From assembly GCF_001194135.2 (NCBI RefSeq), contig NC_068999.1, positions 18,530,726 through 18,594,725 of the forward strand: a stretch of DNA of 64,000 nt, given 5' to 3'. Numbering within the stretch: the first letter of the stretch is position 1; each line of letters opens with the position of its first letter. The notes beneath the pieces were generated by a model. It had not been told where the DNA came from. It made no database searches and saw nothing but the letters and a program-made list of their open reading frames with translations. The stretch comes from Octopus bimaculoides (Eukaryota). Shown here in pieces: positions 1-9,944 of this stretch. The position numbers were made by a program, and so were the translations under genes.

Positions 1-1280
1 ATACGGGCAGTTCCCATGAGCACTATCTTTTGAACTTCAGCCATTTTGGGGTTTCCTGGTATCTGAGCTAGGTAGTAATCAGCCCGTTTCGCTGACATTC
101 CCAGGGTACCTATGACAATAGGTATTGTTTTAGTCTGCAGGTTCCACATTTTACTAATTTCTATTTCAAGATCTTTATATTTGCTCAGTTTTTAGTAGGT
201 CTTGACAGATACGTTTATATCGATTGGGACAGCCATCTCAATGAGGAAGCATGATTTTTGTCTGAAGTCTTTCAGTATGATGTCTGGCCTATTTGCATCT
301 ATCTTTCNNNNNNNNNNTTTGTCTGAAGTCTTTCAGTATGATGTCTGGCCTATTTGCATCTATCTTTCTCTCAGTTCGAATGGTGACGTTCCAGAGGAGT
401 GCGATGTGATCATTTTCAAGTACTGGGGATGGTTTGTGTTCCCACCAGTTTTTATCATGGGGCAAGTCCAGGTTTTTCCATATTACCTAGTGAATATATT
501 GTGCAGCTCTACCATGCCTGTTGAGATACTATGTAGGTGCCAGCAGACTGCACATGGAGACAACATGATCGATGATCTCATTTTGTTTTGGCAGATAAGA
601 CATAATAGGGAGCTGCCGTTCTTTAATATGTTGGCCTGGTAGTTCTTTGTAGATAGGCATTGATCTTGGGCGCCTATGATAAACTCCTCTGTTTCTGATT
701 TCAAGCCAGAGGCCATTAGCCATTGATTGGTAACGGCATTTTCAATATCTGCATTATTCGCTCTCTTTGGGTATTTGCCATTGAGAGGTTTTCCATGATA
801 TTTTTCAGTCATAATGTCTAAGGCAGCAATTTTAGCACGGGTTTTCAAGCGCTTAGCTTTTTCTGCGGGTGTTTCTAGTTCGTTTAATTCTTGAATTTGT
901 TGGTTGCAATTGGAATTCACTTAGATAATCCTTTGCCTGTTTTGTTACTGAGTAAGATGCTTTCTTGCTTTCATGTTCTGAGACAAGTTTTAACATCCAG
1001 TCCTCGGAGTTTTCAGATAGGTGTCTAGGCCAATTGTGGCTACCTTCATTGTCAATGCCAGCTGTAGAAGTCCACGGCCTCCCTCTTTTCTTGGCAGATA
1101 AAGAGTTCTATATCTGCCTTAGGGTGGTGGATTCTATGCATTCTTAACAGTTTACGTATCTTTCTGTCAACATTACATATTTCAGTAATTGACCAGTTAA
1201 CGATATTGAAACTGTAAGTCACGACTGGTATGGCTAGGGCATTGATCGCTTCGATCCTGTTTCTTGCGTTCAGCTCTGTA
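1..1280 (-). mobile_element. R4/Dong-clade non-LTR retrotransposon remnant (post-RT region, degenerate zinc knuckle, RLE endonuclease), 5'-truncated, 3' end runs off the window
   Basis: Minus-strand translation gives TELNARNRIEAINALAIPVVTYS...HHPKADIELFYLPRKEGGRGLL, then WLMASGLKSETEEFIIGAQDQCLSTKNY (ORF 483-920), then WWEHKPSPVLENDHIALLW...ANRPDIILKD...LIEMAVP...KYKDLEIEISKMW...PIVIGTLG...QKIVLMGTAR. These are typical R4-clade motifs. Stops and frameshifts are present. Confidence 0.9.
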
Positions 1281-1649
1281 TCAGCTCCCCATTTTCTAGT
1301 AAAGTGTTTATTTCTGAAGTCAATTATAGTGTTCCCAGATTAGTAAGTTATTCTCTACAATAATCGATTATTTCGATCATATTGTAAAACAAAATGTGTT
1401 TTGTAAAATTTTAACCAAGTATTATCTACGGCTTTCTTCAGTCTTTCAGCCACATTATTTTCATTTTACCTGCATATAAATATATTTGCTCACGACAAAA
1501 ACGACTTTTCAAATCCCAAATTAGAGCAATGATGTTACTCTCTGCATTTGACAATTCTCTGCCTGCTGTTCTCCTTGCAAAGTAGAGACTGGCGATATTG
1601 ATATCAAGTTAGTCTGTGTTATTTACGGGGAAAAAACTTCCCTTCTTAA

Positions 1650-2400
1650 TCCGGTATATTGTGCATACTCTTTGTACACCTAAACATAGCAGACCCTATC
1701 ATATCTAAATAACCATGGACTTATTGCTTTGATGAAAATTGCACATAACTTTGCTCGGAGTAATACCCTGACATCTCTCCTGTATATTCCGGAAACTTTG
1801 TTTCTCATGTTCTTGACACTATTATCTTGCTGAAGACATGGGCACAATTATCTTGGGAACCATTTTGCTGGTGTCCTAATATTATCATATGGTTGCATTA
1901 TCTCATGTTATTTAAGTTTCTGACGTATCCAGATGAAACCACATAAATAACCTTCTGAATTGTTTCTTTCATACGAACAAGATTCAATTCCTTACATTGA
2001 CCAAAGAGTACGTGGTCCGTCGTAAACCATTTACTCTTTATCTTTCTTTGAAATTATTGCAATTGCATTTGTTTGATCTGACAAGGTTAGATGTAACTCT
2101 CGGCAACTTTGGTTACAATTAACTCATGAGGATTGATCAAGTCCGAAACTATGGATGATGCCGCTCGCTTTAAGGAGCATGTCTCCCTTGTCAGTCATTA
2201 GATAAGTGTTTTCCCATGGCTAAGAGATATTTGGATTCATATTGCTGGGAATGCTGGTGTTGACTAGCACCCTTAGCCATCTTAGTGACATCTATACCCG
2301 TGACAGACAGTAAAATGACCTTGGCCTTAAACATGTGAACAGTGCATTTAATAACTGCATTGACGATCACACTTTCCCATGGGTTATGAAGGAATATCTG
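1650..2400 (+). mobile_element. Highly decayed I-superfamily (I/Nimb/Ingi-like) LINE fragment with RNase H-like motifs
   Basis: Patchy plus-strand motifs in the expected order: TLTSLLYIPE (cf. PVESLYVE), YID (cf. YTDG), FEIIAIAF (cf. AELxAI), WIHIAGNAGVD (cf. WIPSHVGIxGNExAD), IPVTDSK (cf. IPYTDFK). Many frameshifts; matched by eye only. Confidence 0.35.
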
Positions 2401-5080
2401 AAGGTTTTTAATTTTCCATTACATATTTTGATAGTTACATTGTTTCCTTTTCAGTAAATCAAGCAATTGTAATAACTCGAAAGTATGCAAATTAAAGAAA
2501 AATAAATATTACCGAAATTGATTCACGTGAGTTGCTTCATGCATTGGAATCATTCGGAATAGAACTTGATAAACACCGTGCGATACTTATAATTGAGGCA
2601 ATATTTCTCAAAATGTACCCGCTGTGAGAGAGACATAATCAATATATAATTGTTGTCTAACTAACAATACAGCATTTTTAGCGTCTTATCCCAGCTTTAA
2701 TGGCAATGAGGTATTATGTTTTCACGAGAAATATCAGCGGAAAAGACCTTTGTGTTTCCGACCATGACATCTGTTGTCGACAGAGACATACGTTATCGGC
2801 TTCAATATAGTATATTCGCCATAAGAGTACTGGAAGCGAGTAACGTACTCCAACACTTGACACCAAAACCAAGTGAATTATGCCACGAGTTCATACCTTC
2901 TTACCTCATCTCCTAAGTTTACAACTTACTTTTTCGTTCATCCTATGACATAATTTCAGATATATAGAGCATTTAACTATAAATTTTGGAGAAGATTGTT
3001 TGACTTATTCGTCAATGATTTTTTATATACGTCCAGTAAATTTCTTTCCTGGCTCTTCTGAAATGTCAATTGTTCAAGGAAAATTAGATCGAGATATTAC
3101 GATTTTGAGAGATTGAGATACAATGAAAATATCACTAACAATGCGTTGTTGTTCTGTTACTACATCAAGAGCAGTATTGATAACTTGTTGTCAATAATTA
3201 CCCAAAAACTCGGAATAATAGCAATAATAGCAACTATAATGTGACAATAACGCAATCATCAACATGTGTAGCTTCAAGATGCATGATTGAGAGCAGAAGC
3301 GAAAGTTACATAGCAGATTTAATTTCTATGTTATACGTTATAAGAGTTACTACATTTCCAAGGACATAAAATGAAAATAATAATACAAGATGGGATGAAA
3401 ATATATTTTCAAAATTAACTTGAGAAAAAGCATAGAATATATGGAACAATGGTATTTATACAATATTCATTAACCTGTTCTAAAGCCTTAATGGAAAATT
3501 AGTTATTAAACAATTATTAATTTATTTGATCAAACAAACTTTAAATTGTATGTACATGCGCGCATTTCTCTTAAAAAAACAGAACAGTAAAAGTAGAATT
3601 ATTGTTCGTGATTGACGTTTATTAAATGTAAGGTAGATTTTAATATAAACAGTATCTAACTGCGAGAAAAGTTTTTGATTTCAATCTCTGCTGTTATCCA
3701 TTAAGAAATACAACCATAATTGCCGAGAAAATGTATGTTATCTGATATGGTGTATCCAACATAAAAAAATGCACAAACAGTTCACATTTCTAATTAAAAA
3801 TAATCCTAATCTTATCGTAAACGTGATAAATCAGTTTCAATAGTGTAATTTATCCTAAGATGAACAAGAACATATAAATATATGGCAAGACAATATACTC
3901 AAGTTTCTCAACTCAATAGGCAAATTTTTCAAAATGGTTCATATTTGGTTTCTATTATTTGTTTCTATTTTCGAATGTTTTTTTGTGTTGTTTTGTGTAC
4001 ATTTTATTTATTAATGTATTTATTGAGAATTGTAGATTACGTTGATATTTTCAATGTAATTACAACTCGGATCTAGAGAGACGTTTCAGAATCGTGAGGT
4101 TAAATATATCTTTCTAATTCAATGGAAACGATAAAAACATTATTGACTATAAGAGTGGTAATGAATTAGAAAGACAAGATACGCCAGTTATTCATTTACT
4201 TTCGGATGATTATGATTAATACGATTCGCAATAATTACTGCAGCGACAGATAATAATAATATTTAGCATAAAACTAATTATTATGTTGAACAATGAATAT
4301 AGCAATGTACATATATATATATATATATATATANNNNNNNNNNNNNNNNNNNNNNNNNNNNNNNNNNNNNNNNNNNNNNNNNNNNNNNNNNNNNNNNNNN
4401 NNNNNNNNNNNNNNNNNNTATATAACAATGATATATTTGGGTCATGTTGTTTTTACCATACTTACGTCTTCACTCTCAGTCTCTCAATTTAATAACTTGC
4501 CGTTACGTTGAACACGTCGTGAACTTCTTGAAAGGTGTTTATTTTGCTACATGATATTTAATTTTGAAAACAATTCCCAATATTGAAATTATAAGTAAAA
4601 TTTGCATCAGCTATTATACGATGAACTTTAGTTCAAACATGCTGAACCAATCAAAATAACACTTCACAGTTAAAGTAGCTTAAACATTTAATGAACACGG
4701 AATTATTGTATTGCCAGAAAGAGGAAAATACTATTTTGTGCTTAGTGATTAAATTTAGATTTGGCATTTTCAGCAAGTGAAGACACTTGAAATAACTGTG
4801 TTCCTATTAAACAGCATGAAGTGTCAGTAGTACAATCCCTACAACAAGTAATTCAAGATATAATATAGCTGTGTATACATATATAATTATGATAGTGGCC
4901 AGAAATCATGTAACTGACCAAATCACCTCAGTTAGTATCACACAAAAATAGCTATATCCACTTCAGTAAGCCTATAAATAATGGGTCACAAGTAATCCTC
5001 ACTTTTTCTTGCTTCACTTGCGTTTTCATTTAACATTTAGTCAATATATAATTAATAATTTATGAAACTGGGTTCAATAC

Positions 5081-5267
5081 TCTTAAATACTTAGAATGTT
5101 CGATGGATTGTTAAAACTCCCACTTCGGTATATGGTATACTCAGTAAAAACCGGAAAAGACACGACTATTTCTGACCGCCAACTACGCACACTCCTACTT
5201 ATAGTGACACATCATACCACTTGTTAAATGAAAGAGGTATACCATTATTTTTGTTATCTCTGAAACA
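5081..5267 (-). repeat. 3' LTR of the Gypsy element, preceded on the minus strand by a polypurine tract AGAAGGTGAGA (5268-5278)
   Basis: Aligns with 7336-7538 (shared CTTCGGTATAYGGTATACT, TATTTCTGACYGCCAAC, TCATACCAYTTGT). Boundary TGAAACA next to the PPT. Confidence 0.85.
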
Positions 5268-7335
5268 TCTCACCTTCTAAGGTTTTTCTGAGGAAATGTC
5301 GTTTAAGAGTAATAATATTTTCTTCACACCCGCACCCCTTTTAGAGCTTTTTTTATTATTAGTTACACGTTTAAGGTTTTTTCGCGCTTGGCATCTATTT
5401 TCATGAACGAACTCTGTATGTTTTCTTTTACTCTCACTTGTATGCCTGCGTTCAAGCACTTGCAGTGGCGTTGGTGCATGGAACGTATCACACAACCATT
5501 ACTTCGGTTCGTCCAACTTTGCTTCGATTTCCACTAATATTTTTCAGTTCGTTCCTGTGTCCCCTTTGTATGCCTCTTCTACTTTTTGCAGAATACCTCA
5601 TTTTACCTATGCATTTGGTAATTACCCAATCTTTGTAATTCTGCTTTCCATACTGGTATGCCCTCACAAACACCTGCGCACCAGGTTAAAGAACCTGGCT
5701 ATGTCTTCCGTGGCGCATTTTCTTTTCTTGCCAGATAGAAATTTATCAGAGACTGATTTTACTTTCCTTACAACCATCAGCTCCCCCGACGATCTACCTG
5801 CTTTTCTAAAGCTACCTCATTCGACAAAGTGTTCTGTATGTCCATTAGATCTGGGATTATATGGCGCAGTAGTTTCACATAACATTTTTGATTCGTTAGA
5901 CACAGATAATTTTCTATTGTCAGACACTATCACGTCTGGGATGTCAAATCTCGCAAACAATTCGTGTTAATTATTTATCACAGTAGAAGAGGTTGTCTTT
6001 TTTACACTTACAAACCCCTGGTCATTTAGAGAAGCTATCAACTAACACTAAGTAGTAAAAACTATTCGAAGGACCAGACACATCGATGTGTAGTCTGGAC
6101 AACGGAACATCTACTTTTGAACAGTATTTACATTTTATCGTCGTCAATTTTTAATTTCCTTTTCGTTTACTAATTTGTTTTGTTTCAACCACTTAGCCGC
6201 AATCGAACTCGCGGCTGAACCGGCTATATTTCTATTCAAAACACTTACGGGCGAATTCCATACTTGGAATAGTTTCATCCACTCTATGCTGAACTTTTAA
6301 CTATCTTTGCCTTTTTTCGTTTCACCTCAAAATGTTACACTACATATGAATTCACCGGTAACATCATGTTCTACTTTATTCCTTTTAATTAATTTCAGGA
6401 TAGCGACATATTTCCAAGTTTTTTGTTTCTGATGGTGATATCACTTCCAGTGTCTAATTTCATTTTAACACTTGTATTTCTGAATTTTAGAAAGCGCTTC
6501 ATCTCTATTCTAACTATTTCACACTTGTTTTACTTGGAAACAATCTTTACGTTCAATTTCCTGTGTGACATATTTTAATTTGACTATCCTTTCACATTTT
6601 TCTCACACTTGCTATTGGTTTACATCCTAGTTTTCTTCCAGCTTTGCGAGAAGTCTAGTTCTCTGTTCTGCGTCCTTTTCTTCAGTAAGTCCCTGTGTAA
6701 AGATCAGGTATTAATACCTGATCTTGCCAGTATAACTGATGTAGATCTCATCGTTGTTTTTCTCTATGTTTACACACTTACAACATATACTGAACAATGA
6801 GCTTTTTTAATTAAAGCTTTTACACAATATATCTATTGTGTCATTAAAGTTTATGTCTGAAGGTTTTCTCAGGTATACATGATTGCTGTAACGGTCATAT
6901 TCTGCTACCGCCAGTTTTCTTACGATTAAACGCGTGTTCGTGTCATGGTTCTAATCTCTACATTTGTTATCGAAGTGTTTCTCCTCATCTCTGTAGTATG
7001 CCACGAAGTTAACTCCTCCGTCTGGTTCGTATTTGAACAATTTTATGGAGTGCGTGGTAGTCTGGCGAGAACATTTTTCCAACTTTCCTGACAACTCCAG
7101 TAGTTGCAGCATATGTGGTTGTAAAATTAATTATTGTGGCTATTGTTTCTGTTTTTCTTGCATTTGAATCTTCTATTGCTGTTATCGTTTTCGCAACTCG
7201 AGCAAACCGGCCAACAAATATTCCATAATTCTTTTATCTGTTTTTTTTTGGGGAGGTTTTTTTCGTAAAATTCACAAAACAATACAACGTTGAACTTATT
7301 AATTCCTCGTGTTTTGTATATATCCTCGTTGCGAC

Positions 7336-7538
7336 TGTTATACTCCTGAAAATGTTGGATTGCTATAATGCAGACTTCGGTATACGGTATACTTAATAAA
7401 GCCAGTAAAGACAGGATTATTTCTGACTGCCAACCACCTACTCCTTCGTACTGGCTCGTATTCTTCTATTTGTAGTAACATGTCATACCATTTGTCATGT
7501 GGGAGATGTGTGCCATTATTCCTATCATCCCTATAACA
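7336..7538 (-). repeat. 5' LTR of the Gypsy element with TGTTATA/TATAACA termini; PBS at 7322-7334
   Basis: Perfect 7-bp terminal inverted repeat. Minus-strand TCGCAACGAGGAT next to the LTR matches TGGCGACGAGGAT, the complement of the tRNA-Ser(GCU) 3' end, at 11/13 positions. Confidence 0.85.
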
Positions 7539-8404
7539 AATACGACTTGAAATACGGAGGAAGATTCGCAGTAATTTCATTCTCCGTTTAAAGGAATTTG
7601 TCACAAACACGGAGAATATCTTTAAAGATTTTATTCAGTTCCCAAATTAAATTGGACATGTGTGGTTTGGTATTTCCTATTATACGATTAAAATTTGAGG
7701 AAATCTTATTATTAAAGTATTGAAATTCGCAAAAAGTACACGCGACAGAAAATAGGACACTTATATGGTAGAGATTTCTGCTTCTGCAAATACAGGATCA
7801 CTCAGAGATGGTGTGTGTTCGAAAATTAGCTGTCAGATACTATGCATATAATATATAGCCCCGTTCTCCGTAGGGAATTCTAAATATATACAGATTGCCT
7901 TCAGTTTCACGTTACAGCCGGTAGCTTAAAAGTACATCAACAATATTGGAGACATTTAAAAATAAAAGTGATCTCTTACTCTCTCTCTGTGTCTCTCTCT
8001 ATCTATCTCTTTCTCTCTTACAGACACACACAAACATATACACACATAAAAAAAAACCCTTTCCCAGCTCTCTATCTATTCGTATATACATATATACACA
8101 CAAACGCACTTAAAATCCATGAAAATAGTTATATGCATGCATAAGCAAACATCATTGTCAGCAAAGATATTAGCATTATTTTCAGACAGTATTTATAACA
8201 AAAAGGGAATAATTGATCCAGAGGTCATAAACCTAATTTATTCAATAAACTACTGAATTTTACCTTTTCTAAAATAGATAGCATTAGGCCTAGAACTCAT
8301 ATTCTTGAATCAAAGAAACATAATCAGATAAAAACACATACACGCATACACACTAAGACGCACACACAAATACATATAGGCACACATACATATGCACAGA
8401 TGTG

Positions 8405-8453
<49 letters not shown>

Positions 8454-8461
8454 AGACTTGA

Positions 8462-8630
8462 CAAAAAAATCGACAAAAGACGAAGTCAGGTGGTGTAGAA
8501 AACAAACGGATGTATTAGTCTAACGCTCGGGAATTGAAAAAGTCTTAAACTTTTCGAACCTACGCTCTTCCACACAAAGGAACACAGAAAGAAACAAGGA
8601 GAGAAAAAAATGTGTTTAGTGGTTAGCGAC
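8462..8630 (-). mobile_element. Penelope-like pseudo-LTR fragment with a decayed hammerhead-like core
   Basis: Minus strand 8580-8541 reads CCTTT-GTGTGGA-A-GAGC-GTAG-GTTC-GAAA-AGTT-TAAG, the layout of the minimal hammerheads found in PLE pLTRs. The family assignment is inference. Confidence 0.45.
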
Positions 8631-8814
8631 AGATATATATGTGCGTGTGTGTGTGTGAGTGTGTGTGTGTATGCGTGTGTGCGCGCACGCGTGCATGTAT
8701 ATATACATGCAGAGATTTAAAAGTAGCTGTTTTATTCATTCCGAGATAAGTGTCTCTCTGTCACTTCTGTATTTATATACCGATTAGGGTCGAGTATGCT
8801 GCTCTCTCTAGCCG

Positions 8815-8874
8815 GCAGTTGTCCAGCACCGATGACGGGATATTGCTCAAAACGGACTCGTCTGTTGGTACTGC
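8815..8874 (+). ncRNA. Degenerate type I hammerhead ribozyme motif (probably in a PLE/retrozyme-type repeat spanning ~8715-9000)
   Basis: GCAGT-TGT-CCAGCA (stem I 5') / CCGATGA (core, U4C) / C-GGG-ATATTG-CTC (stem II) / AAAA (core, G12A) / CG-GACT-CG-TC (stem III plus GUC site) / TGTTGG-T-ACTGC (stem I 3' with an internal loop). Confidence 0.6.
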
Positions 8875-9074
8875 TATAAGCGAGGAGAGAGCGGTACGCT
8901 CCTTTGCTCACACAATATTTTGAACAGATTATGCGTGGATAGCCAGCGGGAAAAGACGTTTTCCTGGTACTGACATGGTCCTAAGCGGAATTGCCACCTA
9001 CGTTTGCAACTAAACAAATAAGAGAATAAAATAATACATAAATGTATGTATGTATGTGTGTACACTGCATGATT

Positions 9075-9330
9075 CTTTCAGTTTCCGTCTACCAAATCCA
9101 TTTACAAAGCCTTGTTCAACCCAATGATATATTAGAAGACACCCGCCGAAGGGTCCATGCTATGTTTCAGTATGTATACTGTATGCTTCTCTCAGTTTCT
9201 GTCAACCAAATCCATTTACAAGACCTTGTTCGGTCTAAGGTTATATCAGTAGACCCCTCCATTCGAGTCATGCGATGTTATAGAGTACCGTATCATGTGA
9301 CTACGAAGCAAACTTCTTACATAGCACGAC
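9075..9330 (-). mobile_element. tRNA-derived SINE remnant with a ~110-bp internal tandem duplication (same family as 40782-41025)
   Basis: Two copies of TCAGTTTCYGTCWACCAAATCCATTTACAA; their reverse complement resembles GTGAGTAGATTTC...ACGGAAACTGA at ~40898-40926. Confidence 0.6.
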
Positions 9331-9731
9331 CTGTGCCTATATATAAGAACAATTTAGCGAATTTATAATTGATTTTTCAAAAAAAAAATGTAGACAAATA
9401 TTTCGAAATATCGCATTCTTAGCTTCGGACCCGCGTTGTGTTTAGAACTCACGGAGTACTGGAGCAACAATGTATGTGTGCTCACGTGTTAGATTGATTT
9501 AAGTGCAAGTTGTTTGGTTTACTTTGTATATAGTTTTCAAAGTAAACGATAAAACGTTAATATCTTAAGAAAAAAAAAGTAATTAAAACTGATGTTTCTA
9601 AATCGGTTGCATTTCGACGGTATCATCGACGAAAATTCGTGCAGATGCACGAACCGCTCGGATATGACTCCATCCATCAAACAGTTAGAGGGAGCTTCGA
9701 TACAATGATACGAATATCATTATAATATGTG

Positions 9732-9781
<50 letters not shown>

Positions 9782-9890
9782 CATACGCGTGCGCACACAC
9801 ACAAACACACAAATATACATATACACGCACAAACACACACACGTATGTATGTACACCAATCCAGCGGCGTGGAATCCTAATTAATAATTC

Positions 9891-9943
<53 letters not shown>
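9891..9943. repeat. (TAG)n microsatellite
   Basis: Direct reading of the sequence. Confidence 0.95.

Positions 9944-9944
<1 letters not shown>

Larger units (their letters stand above)
5081..7538 (-). mobile_element. Ty3/Gypsy LTR retrotransposon, internally deleted (gag-protease joined to integrase, RT/RNase H missing)
   Basis: Diverged direct repeats at 5081-5267 and 7336-7538; AATAC duplicated at 5076-5080 and 7539-7543. Gag-like YEPDGGVNFVAYY...RLIVRKL...LIFTQGL, protease VKMKLDTGSDITI, and integrase core PLSRLHIDVSGP...LVDSFSK...LFARFDIPDVIVSDN...APYNPRSNGHTEHF. Confidence 0.92.

Noticed and set aside
258-365. Direct duplication of ~50 bp around an 11-N gap inside the R4 endonuclease region
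   Set aside because: Classic unmerged contig overlap across a short gap; an assembly artefact.
4445-4525. Perfect minus-strand donor GTAAGTATG
   Set aside because: All three upstream frames contain stops and the acceptor is weak; expected by chance in 64 kb.
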